NCBI GenBank assembly: GCA_001643675.2
Contig: LSRY02000043.1
Span: forward strand, 124,001 to 188,000
Source of the DNA: Monocercomonoides exilis PA203
Lineage: Eukaryota > Protista > Preaxostyla
Reading direction: 5' to 3'
DNA length: 64,000 nt
Part shown: in pieces, positions 1 through 10,972 of the stretch
How positions within the stretch are numbered: position 1 is the first letter of the stretch
How the letters are laid out: the number at the start of each line of letters is the position of its first letter
Position numbers and translations under genes: made by a program
Notes under the pieces: generated by a model
What the model saw: the letters and a program-made list of their open reading frames with translations, nothing else
Told to the model about the DNA's origin: nothing
Databases searched by the model: none

Positions 1-4
1 AATT

Positions 5-3000
5 ATGACTATTACAGATGTCTATTTTGGAAACTGTGAAGCGGAAAAAGGGAAAGACTCTGCATCTTCTTTGCTGAATGATGCAAGAGGAGGTGGAGCA
101 ATGCTTTTATCAAATCCGATGCAACATATTACGATTTCAAATTGTCTATTTGTTAGTTGCAGAGCATTAAGCAAAGGAGGCGCAATTGTTCTTTCAGTCG
201 CATTTCCTAATCAAGCAGGATACAGCAGTTCTTATTCACACAGCAGTGCAGAATCCTTAATTTGCATACAAACAACAGAAAGCAGAATTCTTCAGAGATT
301 CAATTCTGATGACAATGCTCTTATCATTTTTAGTCTATTTTCCAACTGTCAATCAAAAGCATATGGAATGGATGTTTTCGTGTCTGCAATAACTGAAGAA
401 TATTTGACGGCAATAGAAACACTGACTCATTCATCTTTTTCTTCTTCAACATCGAATTGCGCGTATTTTGCCAGAAGTAACATTTCTTCATGTTCCATGC
501 TTCCTCCTTTTCCTTTCAATCAAAACCAAACGGAATACTATGTGAATGGAAGTTCAAGTAATGCTTCTCTCTGTGGATGGAACGAAATGCCATGCAATTC
601 AATTTATCGCGCACTGGTTATGATTCGATCAACTGGAAAAAATGATGCACGTAGCGATGAGTCCTGGAGCTCCACTTTTTCAATTTCAATTGTTGACTCC
701 AAAACAGTTGATGAATTCAATTCGATGGAAATTGAAAATACAAGCATTGAAATTAACGCATCAAATTCGTTGGATGTCTGCAATATTCAAACGATTCTGA
801 ATTTACCGACTGTGCCAATTTGCTCGCTTGAAAGACAGCTGAACTCATTGTTTTTTATTCATTCGGGGTTATTAACAATGAATAAGGTCAACATTATCCA
901 CAATTCGAACTATTCTTCACAGTTTTCTTTGTTTGTGATTGATGCGAAAAGTTCCTCGAACAGTCGGAGAAATACCGAAGCAAATCTTATTCTCAATCGA
1001 TGCTCAATAACAAATTTGAAAGAAAACAGCAACATTCGTTTCCATTCTTCAACTTTCATTTTGCTATCCGGAGCGATTGTTCTGAATGAATTTGTTGCTT
1101 CTGATATTTTGCTTGAAGATTGTTCGTTTATCTCTCTGTATTCTCCTCTTGCTGAATCAGATCCGAATTCCAATAATTATTTTCGCTCACTTTCCATAAC
1201 GGGAGCTTCGTTTAAATCTGTAAATTCACTTGTCTTCAACAATACCATGAAAGATGATTCATCACCTCTTTTAATTGGCTGCTTATTTAGTGGAGAGATT
1301 GGATCTCAGGATTTTGTTTCTTTCTCAGAATGCAACATCACAAATTGCACGGCTGAGTGCGCAAGCGAAGACTGTAAGAGCGAAGCTATTTCTCTCGTTA
1401 CAGCTGAATGCAGGGCAACAGACAATCGGAGTCTTTTACTTTCTCATTCTTACATTACTGCGTCTCCCATACAAATTGGAATTATAAGCCATTGCTCATT
1501 TGAAATGGAATATGTTAAAGCTGAAGATAGTTTGCTTTCTTCGAAAAATACAGAAAACACGGAGTCATTTTGCGAGTGGAAAAATGGAGCTCTTATTCTC
1601 GATGAATCGAATGCAGCACTGACAAACGTAACAATTTCAGGCGCATCACAAGGAGCACTTTCTATTCTTCGTTTTTGCAATGTTTCTATCCAGAATAGCA
1701 CTTTTGTCAACAACCGTTTGGGAACATCAGACTTCCCTGAAATGAAGAGAAACATCTTTTGCTCTGGAAATTCATCGATTAGTCTGAAAGGGAATGTGTA
1801 TAGCAGCGATGAAGATGACCCCAACAACTGGATTATGCCCTCTGATTGCACTGTGAATCATGTAGATGAGATGGCTGGACCTATTTTCTTTGCTCCTCAC
1901 CTCGTTTCTGTTGGAAACGAAGAAGTTGACAATGAACTGAAACTTTTATTTCATGGAAGATTTATCGTCCCTTGCAATTTAACATTTGGGATTTCGATTG
2001 AAGAACAAGTGCAAGCCAATGTTAGCAACACTACTGTGCAATATTTTGAATTGAGCGATGTTTTCAATGATACAGATGCAATGGGTTATATTCCTTTGAA
2101 GATTGTCTCTGAAGCGTTACCTTCAACAGAAATACGCACGTTCCTCACAGCGTCTGTAGGAAATGAATCTTACGTTTCGGAATCTGTTGTAATCAAACAA
2201 CGAAGACAACCAGATCCTGACCCGGAACCGGACCCAGATCCTGATCCCGATCCCGATCCAGATCCCGATCCAGACCCAGACCCTGATCCCGATCCAGATC
2301 CCGATCCTGATCCCGATCCTGATCCTGATCCAGATCCCGATCCTGATCCTGATCCAGATCCAGATCCTGATCCCGATCCAGATCCCGATCCTGATCCTGA
2401 TCCAGATCCAGATCCCGATCCTGATCCCGATCCAGATCCTGATCCTGATCCTGATCCAGACCCAGATCCAGATCCCGATCCAGATCCTGATCCTGATCCA
2501 GATCCTGATCCTGATCCAGATCCCGATCCAGATCCCGATCCCGATCCAGATCCCGATCCTGATCCTGATCCAGATCCAGATCCCGATCCTGATCCCGATC
2601 CAGATCCTGATCCTGATCCTGATCCAGACCCAGATCCAGATCCCGATCCAGATCCTGATCCTGATCCAGATCCTGATCCTGATCCAGATCCCGATCCAGA
2701 TCCCGATCCTGATCCTGATCCTGATCCTGATCCTGATCCAGATCCTGATCCAGATCCAGATCCAGATCCAGATCCAGATCCTGATCCAGATCCTGATCCA
2801 GATCCTGATCCCGATCCTGATCCAGATCCTGATCCTGATCCTGATCCTGATCCAGATCCAGATCCAGATCCAGATCCTGATCCTGATCCTGATCCCGATC
2901 CAGATCCTGATCCTGATCCTGATCCTGATCCAGATCCTGATCCAGATCCTGATCCTGATCCAGATCCTGATCCTGATCCTGATCCTGATCCAGATCCTGA

Positions 3001-5104
3001 TCCAGATCCAGATCCAGATCCAGATCCAGATCCTGATCCTGATCCTGATCCAGATCCTGATCCAGATCCAGATCCAGATCCTGATCCTGATCCTGATCCT
3101 GATCCAGATCCAGATCCTGATCCTGATCCTGATCCAGATCCTGATCCAGATCCAGATCCTGATCCTGAGCCTAACCCGATTCCAAGGCAAGGGGCTTGCT
3201 GCAATTCAAGCGCCAGCTCAATAGCATGGGTTTACCTCAACATTTGCAATTGTCCTCCGTCATATCCTCCTCCTTCCCCGGATCCAACACCTGAACCATC
3301 TCCAGGCGGAAACTCAAACACAACGACAGTGACGAACACCAGCGATGAAAAGTTGTCAAAGCTGGCTTCCACAAACAGCAACATGATGTATTTCCTTGTA
3401 GCACTCGTCATTTTGCTTCTGCTTGCGTGCTCTTTTGCCTTATGCTACTTCTGCTGTGCGAGATGCTGCCGCAACCGAAAACGGAGAAGACCAGCAAAAA
3501 AGCAGAGAATACGCATTTCGAACAAAAGCACCGAAACAGACCCAGTCGAAGAGCAGAGCATTCCGCTGACTCATTTTCTGCTTCCGCCTTTTGGATTGGA
3601 GCAGCCAGACATGCCAGATGTTGCGCCTGTGCCTTCCCCTGAATCAACTCCGCCTCCTCCATCCAAGTTGACATATCGCGCAATGGTGGCGCAAGATCCA
3701 TTCAACATTGTGAATGTCAATTCGGATGACTGTCTGTGGAATACCCTTCATGTGTTTTCGCCAACGCAGCCAGAATTTTTGCAGTTTATTTCTGACTCAG
3801 ACTTTCCTGATGGCAAAGAGCGTTGGAAGGGTTCAAAGCAATGCAATATTCGAGATAAGAGAGTTAATGTGGTTCCTCTTTCTGGCTGGCACGGAGAGAA
3901 TGAAGGATGGCCAGTGCTTGTGATTATCGAAATAGCTACTGCCATAATAAGAGGCCTTCTGCACCTTTTGCAGGTTTCCAGCAGCTATGCGCTTGGCGAA
4001 GATTTGGGCATATTGCAAGACACACCGAGCAATGAAAGGATATCTCCTGTTGACGAGCTGTTCACACATTTGTCTCCCTTTTCAGTGTTCTGCTTTGACG
4101 GCGAGGAATCTTCAGAAGAAATGCTAAAGCATGCTCAACAGCAAAGACGAGGCAAGCATCGCAAGCGGTTGCTGCTACGTGGTCATCGGCAACGTCAATC
4201 GCCAACTGCTTTTCAGACTGGCAATAAACATCAAAAGCAACAGAATGTTCAACCAAACAAAAAGGAGTCAATACATTCCATTTGTGTCTGCTTGGCTGTC
4301 AACAAAATTGACATTGTTGAAGCTATTCGATATTTTGCGCCTGAATTCGAAGGGCAGAGATTTAAAACAGATGAAACTCAAAGTGAAGAGCCAGATCAAA
4401 CAGAAAGCCCTCTTTCTTCTTCAACTGAATATTCGCCTTCAGCTATGCTTTTGGCTTCAACGTCTGAGCCAATCATTCCTATCAAAAGATCCCCTCTTGC
4501 ATCAGCCTTCCCCTCTCCACAAAAAGTCGCGAAGTCGTCGTATCCTTCGCCAATAGCATTCGACTTCTATTCCAAAAACACATCTCCAATGGATAGTTCT
4601 GCTGCATCTCCTTTAGATCTCCACAAGAAACCATTTCATTCTCCATCAATTTCGATCTCTTCTTTGTCTTCTCCTTCTTCATCTCTGTCCTCCTCTGCTT
4701 CTTCCTCTCCATCTTCAGATTCAATCACCACTTCATCCTCTTCAACATCCACCTCATCCTCCACCTCATCTTCTTCTCTATCCGCACACAACAAACGCCC
4801 TCGCCTTTCTCATCTGCCTCGCCAGCGGCCTGACTACTCGCGGTGTGCTGTGTTCAGCCTGGGCCTGATGATCTGGGAGATGGCAACAGGCAAAGTGCCC
4901 TTTGAGAATCTGGACCCAGTCACTGCCTCTGTGTGCATTGCCGAGCAAGAGCTGCCTCCTCTTTCGTGTGTGGCAGACGACGCGTTGGCTTCGGTCATCA
5001 CAAAGTGCCTTGCATTCGATCCTCTGAAGCGCATCTCGCTGGAAGAGCTGGAGGAATGCCTGCAAATGGCACAACTAGCGAAGACAAGGCCGCTTCTCCC
5101 TTGA
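5..5104 (+). CDS. Large single-pass membrane protein: beta-helix-like ectodomain, (Pro-Asp)n stalk, TM helix, degenerate protein-kinase-like C-terminal domain; probably 5'-truncated by the window edge
   Basis: Intronless 1699-aa ORF with GGAM/GGAI and CGxxxxPC motifs. TM segment MMYFLVALVILLLLACSFALCYF is followed by basic RRNRKRRR. Kinase C-lobe motifs are present (RYFAPE, AVFSLGLMIWEMATGKVPF, CLAFDPLKRIS) but HRD and DFG are absent. Confidence 0.85.
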   Translation: MTITDVYFGNCEAEKGKDSASSLLNDARGGGAMLLSNPMQHITISNCLFVSCRALSKGGAIVLSVAFPNQAGYSSSYSHSSAESLICIQTTESRILQRFNSDDNALIIFSLFSNCQSKAYGMDVFVSAITEEYLTAIETLTHSSFSSSTSNCAYFARSNISSCSMLPPFPFNQNQTEYYVNGSSSNASLCGWNEMPCNSIYRALVMIRSTGKNDARSDESWSSTFSISIVDSKTVDEFNSMEIENTSIEINASNSLDVCNIQTILNLPTVPICSLERQLNSLFFIHSGLLTMNKVNIIHNSNYSSQFSLFVIDAKSSSNSRRNTEANLILNRCSITNLKENSNIRFHSSTFILLSGAIVLNEFVASDILLEDCSFISLYSPLAESDPNSNNYFRSLSITGASFKSVNSLVFNNTMKDDSSPLLIGCLFSGEIGSQDFVSFSECNITNCTAECASEDCKSEAISLVTAECRATDNRSLLLSHSYITASPIQIGIISHCSFEMEYVKAEDSLLSSKNTENTESFCEWKNGALILDESNAALTNVTISGASQGALSILRFCNVSIQNSTFVNNRLGTSDFPEMKRNIFCSGNSSISLKGNVYSSDEDDPNNWIMPSDCTVNHVDEMAGPIFFAPHLVSVGNEEVDNELKLLFHGRFIVPCNLTFGISIEEQVQANVSNTTVQYFELSDVFNDTDAMGYIPLKIVSEALPSTEIRTFLTASVGNESYVSESVVIKQRRQPDPDPEPDPDPDPDPDPDPDPDPDPDPDPDPDPDPDPDPDPDPDPDPDPDPDPDPDPDPDPDPDPDPDPDPDPDPDPDPDPDPDPDPDPDPDPDPDPDPDPDPDPDPDPDPDPDPDPDPDPDPDPDPDPDPDPDPDPDPDPDPDPDPDPDPDPDPDPDPDPDPDPDPDPDPDPDPDPDPDPDPDPDPDPDPDPDPDPDPDPDPDPDPDPDPDPDPDPDPDPDPDPDPDPDPDPDPDPDPDPDPDPDPDPDPDPDPDPDPDPDPDPDPDPDPDPDPDPDPDPDPDPDPDPDPDPDPDPDPDPDPDPDPDPDPDPDPDPDPEPNPIPRQGACCNSSASSIAWVYLNICNCPPSYPPPSPDPTPEPSPGGNSNTTTVTNTSDEKLSKLASTNSNMMYFLVALVILLLLACSFALCYFCCARCCRNRKRRRPAKKQRIRISNKSTETDPVEEQSIPLTHFLLPPFGLEQPDMPDVAPVPSPESTPPPPSKLTYRAMVAQDPFNIVNVNSDDCLWNTLHVFSPTQPEFLQFISDSDFPDGKERWKGSKQCNIRDKRVNVVPLSGWHGENEGWPVLVIIEIATAIIRGLLHLLQVSSSYALGEDLGILQDTPSNERISPVDELFTHLSPFSVFCFDGEESSEEMLKHAQQQRRGKHRKRLLLRGHRQRQSPTAFQTGNKHQKQQNVQPNKKESIHSICVCLAVNKIDIVEAIRYFAPEFEGQRFKTDETQSEEPDQTESPLSSSTEYSPSAMLLASTSEPIIPIKRSPLASAFPSPQKVAKSSYPSPIAFDFYSKNTSPMDSSAASPLDLHKKPFHSPSISISSLSSPSSSLSSSASSSPSSDSITTSSSSTSTSSSTSSSSLSAHNKRPRLSHLPRQRPDYSRCAVFSLGLMIWEMATGKVPFENLDPVTASVCIAEQELPPLSCVADDALASVITKCLAFDPLKRISLEELEECLQMAQLAKTRPLLP
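2210..3170 (+). repeat. Coding hexamer tandem repeat (CCN GAT)n, about 160 Pro-Asp units
   Basis: Directly visible GATCC[A/T/C] array inside the 5..5104 ORF. Confidence 0.98.
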
Positions 5105-5426
5105 TGAGTGGAATAGATTATAAAGTTGATTTCCACTTATTTTTAGCAAGTTTTATTTTTTTCTTATAAAAATTGCATTTTCATTTTTATTTATGTACTT
5201 TAAGTTATCAACAATACAGGCACACTTTTGAATATTTATTTATGATTATAAAAAAATAATTTTTTTTCATATAATAATTCTTATTTCTTATCAAAAATAA
5301 CTAAAAATAAATAGTCAAAATTTTAATGTTCATCTTATGCTTTTTATTAAAAATTATTTCCCCATTTGTTTTCGTAATTATCACTTTTTGCCATTTTCAA
5401 ATTGTTTCATCTTTAACAAAAGCTTT

Positions 5427-6688
5427 TTATGCACCGAACTTTGGTGTACAATGCAGACGATATGCAATTTCAGACAAAAGCTGTTCGGCTCTAATTGTTT
5501 TCCAGGAACCATGTTCAAAGCTCTCTTCACAGAATTCTGTCTGCTCATCAATTCTCGTATGCCCTGGGCAACAGTGCACAAATCCAAGCCGTTTATTAGA
5601 TCTTGTAGATTAATGAGAAAGATTATGGATTAATGTGTGCAATAAAACATGATTTGAACATAATAGCATAATTAAATTATTAAAAAATAGAAGCTAAGAA
5701 CATACAATTGCTTATATATATCTCTGTCAAAAGAAAAGTGATATGATGGCTTGATTAAGTATTCTTCACGTGACAAAGGTTTAACTGTACCGAATAACAA
5801 ACAAAAAAAATATTTTGTTAAAAATGTTTGAAAAATTATTTTCCACGTTCCCAAAAATGAAAATACAAACCTTCCCAACCGCTTCCAACAAGTGAAATCC
5901 AAAGTGAATGTGGAGGAGGAGGAGGCGGCTTTGCTGCAAGTGCATCTTGCTTTATAAACAGTTCATTCACCAATTCCGAAGAAGGAGGAAGTGGCTTTCC
6001 ATAATCAATAGGTGGAAGAGGATAAGTTGGAGAAGAATCAGATGGATTATGCATGAAATATGTAATCACTTCATTAAATGTAAGCAAAATGTCTGCAGGA
6101 CTCAATGATTTAGATGAAGGAACCTCGTGCCCAGAAGATTCCTCAGGAATAAGATGGATCATTAAAACATTGATTTTAGAAGGCTTATCAGGCTCAGATA
6201 ATTGAAGGAATTCGTTGCATCGATTAACGATATGATGAACAAGCTCTGAAATGCAAAAAAGAAAGAAAAGTATTTAAATCTTCCTGAATAAAATTTTTAT
6301 GAGAAAAATCACCTTCTTTCGAATTCTGAATTGAAAATACAGAAATTGAATGCGCTTTCGATCCGTACTTCAAAAGTTTTGTCGAAGATTCTGCGAATCG
6401 TTGCGAATTTGTTTCAACATGAATTGAAAGCTTTCCGTATCTCTCATTAAACGCAGATTCCTCTTCAGCAGCGTTTTCTTCAACACCAATTCCAAGAATT
6501 TGTAAAAATGGCGATACAGATTCAGGAACATTTCTGTAAGCAAGTAATCCAGACGAGCCAAATTGCATTAGGCTTTTTAATCCAAAGAGCTTTTCCTTTT
6601 CAATCAATAATGCTGTTTCTTTGGAGTCTCCACGGAAAATACCCTCTCCGGAAAGAAGAAGATATTTAAGAGGTTCAACTGACACCAT
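5427..6688 (-). CDS. Four-exon conserved hypothetical protein ending ...TRIDEQTEFCEESFEHGSWKTIRAEQLLSEIAYRLHCTPKFGA*
   Basis: Exons 6688-6313, 6245-5871, 5784-5706 and 5601-5427 join in frame through GT-AG introns. The C-terminus resembles an uncharacterised eukaryotic family ending EIAxxLxxxPK(Y/F)GA (recalled, not searched). Confidence 0.7.
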
Positions 6689-6807
6689 CTATTTTTTTTG
6701 ATGAGTCTAGCAGACAAATAAACAAAATACTATTTAATTATGAATAAGATCAATGAAAATAAAAAAGAATATATAAATTATGATCCAAAATTAATATTTC
6801 GAGATTT

Positions 6808-9008
6808 ATGGCAGGCATGTAAAATTCCTCATTACATTTTGCTCCTTCACCTAGTTTTTTGTCAAAATTTATTTGAAAATGTAGAAAGGCCATGGACTTC
6901 ACTTCTAGAAACGAAACTCGCTTCAATTGGATTATCTCAAAATCATATTGATACCTTGTCAAATTTTCTTTCACTTCAAACTTTATATGATGGATATGTT
7001 GTTCCCAATAAAAAGGAACTGCTTTATTCACATCTTGCTCAACATCTTGCGATTGACGATTCGCTTGCTTTTTCTGTTGCAAACGCATTATTTTCAATTA
7101 ATTTCGGTTTTTGCTTTTTGCTATTTTCTCATTTTATTATTGCTTGTTTATTATTTCAGAACAAGCGTTCGAACAATTTCCTCACAGAGCAGAAGAAGTC
7201 AATAAACATCATATTCAAAATTCTTTTTTTCCAAATACTCCAGTGGATCCAGCAACAATTACACTTCTTTCTGAAAAAGAACCAGGTTGAGCTTTACATC
7301 ATTATTATACAAACTGTGAATTTTTTCCTCTTCTGTTTTCTTTCTTTTTTTTTTAAAACTGAAGAACTCGATTTGGAATCTGCATTTTCTCATTTGTTGC
7401 ATTACACGGTTGAAAAATCCCAACAAACCGTCGCCGCATTGCTTTATATTTCTGCACATCTTTGTGATGGTTTCAATGATTTTCTTAATGATAATGTTTA
7501 TTAATCCTTTTTTAAATTTTCTTTTTAACTGTTTTGTGTGAATATAATTTAATTTGATAATTACCTTAGATACCTTTTTTTCAACGGTAACAACAACTTC
7601 ACCAACACTTCAATCAATTTTAATATCGTTGCTCCAAACATCCCGTGGCCTTGACATAGATGTTGTTGATGAGACTTTGCTTCTTTTGATAAAGCTATGC
7701 TGCCATGGTATTTTGTTTCTTTTGGCTTTGGTGGTCGACACTATGTTTAAATTCATATGATTATAAATTTTTTGTCCAATTTGCAAATTATGAATGGAAA
7801 TGATTATTAACATCTAAACATATTCTTTCTCATTTTATATTAGAGGAACTTAGCATTACGTTGGGAAAGCAAAAGTTAATGGAAGATGTCGTCGGTATAA
7901 TACGTGCTTATCTTCCAAAGGGAAAAGCATTAAAAGACGAGACAAGGAGGCTCATTGCATCAAAGCTGATTAAACGCGCAACATATTTGTTGTTCATTCT
8001 CTGCCATCAAAGTATGCACACAATCATCTAATCTTTTTTTCTCTTCTGTGTAACTGCTTCGCTTTTTATTGAAAAAAAAATGTATATTTATAAATCAAAA
8101 CTTTCATTCAACAACAATTATACGATTAATCATTTCAGACGAGAACGTGCAAAGGGCGATTGATGATGGCGTGACAGGCGTTTGTGCAGATGTTCTGTCC
8201 ACATTTGGCACAGAAACAACAAACCATGTGAAGAGCGTGTGCGACTTAATAAGCTTGTTGATGGCAGAAGGTTTGCCTTTACAGAAAATGCGTCTGTCAC
8301 TTGAAATATAGAAAAAAATGTGAATTGAGAATTTCTGAATGAAACAATCAAAAAGTTTCATCTATAATTATTTTATTTAAATAAAATTTTAAAGCAAAAA
8401 CTCGACATTTTTTGATTTTGCTTTGTGAAATTTATTTTTCAACGATCAATCTCTTTCTTTTCTTCATTTCGAATCAGAATCTAATCTTGGATATCTTTTT
8501 TCGTTGAGAGTGATCGATTTGCTAATGGATCAGTTGAATGCCTGCATCGAGCCTCTCCACGATGCACTGCTTTTCCCTGAGAAAGAAGATGAGCTAATAT
8601 TCCATATTTCAAAAGCGCTTGCACATTTCTCTACTTCTGGTTTGTTGTTTTTTTTATTTTTGAAATTTCATTGAAGATTTTTTAATATCCTAATTTTTTT
8701 ATACAATTGCGCTAAAAATGTGTCTTCAACGAATGATAATTTTTGGATGATTAATTTGAATTTAATAATTTTACTCTGTTAAATCATGTTTTTTTTTCCC
8801 CGATAACTTTTCATATATTTTTCCTTTTAGATATAGTTCTAAGCACACTCTCTGCTCCTGCAAATCTTCAGACTATTCTTTCTGCACTGAACTCAGCGCT
8901 TGTTGTTTCACCTCATTCTGTCGCTCAACTTGTGATCATTCTTGGAAACATAACAGCAAACGGTATTAGAATTTTTTAACTTCACCAAATAACGAGAAAA
9001 ATGATTTC

Positions 9009-9041
<33 letters not shown>

Positions 9042-10648
9042 TCTATTTATTTTTTTGATTATTTTTGCTTGTGCTGTTTGAAACCAGACAAATCGAGAGG
9101 CAATATTGCAGAAATGAAGAAGGTTAGTGTATCGCTCATGAAAACATTGAATCGCTTTTCGAATGCATCTTTCCCAAGCATTCTGCTTTCTACTCTTTCT
9201 GCACTTAGAAACATTTGCATTGATGGTTTTTATTTGCAATTTCTTCTTTGGAAATTCATATTTTGTTAAATTATTTAATCACGAACGATGCACACGATAA
9301 TTCTGCTTCCACTTTTACGGCTTTTTGTGTAGGATCTTTGGCTGCATTTGTCGGAAGCAGCGTTGGCATAACAGTTTTAATGAGATGCTTAAAGGGAAAT
9401 ATATCCAATAATGAAATTATTGCTTCAGTTTTACAAACGTTATTTATCTTATCAGAACAAGGTTTGCGACTTTTCATTAATATAACCAAAAAAGAAGTAT
9501 TTTAATTATTATTAAACACTTCTTGCTTTCACTCAAATTTTTGTCTGATTTCATATTCACTTTATATTTTCCAAATGTTTATTTGAATTTTTGCGATATT
9601 TGATATCTTTACAGAAAATTGCAGAACATTCTTATCTCAAGTTGAGAATTTGACAACCTTTCTGCAGCTTTTGAATGAATGTGCAAAGAACAATTTGATA
9701 TTGGATAATCTTTTATCTCTTTTGTTGAATTTAACTACTGATGGTGTGCAATATTAGCATTTCGCTGCATTTTCAAGGGAATTTCTAATTTTCCAAATAC
9801 CTTGTGAAAACATTTATTGAAAAGGATAAAAAATCTTCATTTTTTAAATTCTATTTGTCATTTTTAATTTTATTTTGTCATTAATTAATTTATCTTTTTT
9901 TGTTTTTAATTATTTTAGAAAACACCCAACAAATTGTAGCAAATTTAATAATGCCTTCAAATTTACTACAAATATGTCAATCTGCAAACATTTCTGAAAA
10001 CAATCTCATTTCGTCTTGTGAATTAATTAGAAATCTTTCTTTTGTGGGTGTGCATTTGCTGTTAATAAAGTTCCTGATATACAATTTCTTTCACACATCT
10101 TCTATACACATGATTTTTAATTTGGAATGATTATTTTATCATCATTTATAAAATAAAGATGAAATGCCGGTAGCTTTGATCAATTCTGGTGCTGTGAATG
10201 TTTTATTTACTGTCTTGAGACAGCCTCTTTTAACTCAACAAAATCTACTCAAGCTACACACAGTTATACTTCAAACACTCTATATTTTTTCTTCTGTAGG
10301 TTTGTGAAGTTATTGAAAATACAGCTTTTGGAATTGACCCATCAATTCTCTTATTTTTATCTATTGTTATTTTAATTATAATTTATCCTTCCTTTTTTAT
10401 TTTTTTTTTACTATTTTCTTTTCCATATTTTATTTTTCATATTATTTTCCCCCCATTTATTGTGTAATTTTTAATAATAACAATAACATTTAAAAAAAAA
10501 AGATGGAGTTCGACCGTTTTTCCCACAGATGGATGAGACCATTTCACGTGTATTATCGCAACATTCTGCCAGAGGAAAGTCACAAATTTCAGATGATGAT
10601 ACAATTCCACAAGTTGCTACATATCTTTATTCATTCATGAAGTCATGA
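6808..10648 (+). CDS. Multi-exon armadillo/HEAT-like helical repeat protein
   Basis: Exons at 6885-7106, 7244-7285, 7365-7469, 7570-7707, 7844-8011, 8139-8270, 8478-8639, 8831-8962, 9088-9225, 9333-9461, 9615-9743, 9919-10047, 10159-10299 and 10503-10648 splice in frame. Repeats end in ARM-like motifs (LGNITA, LRNICI, LLNLTT, IRNLSF). The start is uncertain (6808 via a GC-AG intron, or 6740). Confidence 0.75.
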
Positions 10649-10972
10649 CTCGATGAATTATTGTTTTTTAATTTTTTATTCTCATTTTATCACTTTTTTT
10701 GCAAACTTGAAAACAACCAAAAAATGAACAAATCGAAAAAAATTTGTGTACAAAGTTATTGTCTGCCAAAACTGTTATTAATCTGCGTTTTTTCCCAAGA
10801 ATATCTCAACCATAAAGAATATTTCTGCACAATGCTTTCGTGCGAAACTTTTTGGATTGATGAGAGAATAACAGAACAAGAAATTATCAATCACAAAATA
10901 CAAATTATTCATGTTTTATCATTTATCTTTTTCAAAAATCCCAATCCAGTGAAAGGCTTAACCCATGATTAT

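Noticed and set aside
2210-3170. CRISPR-like or telomeric array
   Set aside because: Continuous 6-nt coding repeat with no spacers, and not a TTAGGG-type unit.
2123-3204. Minus-strand poly-(Gly-Ser) and (Ile-Arg/Trp) ORFs
   Set aside because: Antisense shadows of the stop-free PD hexamer repeat.
5326-5613. Cys-rich 95-aa secreted-looking ORF on the plus strand
   Set aside because: Overlaps the last exon of the better-supported minus-strand spliced gene.
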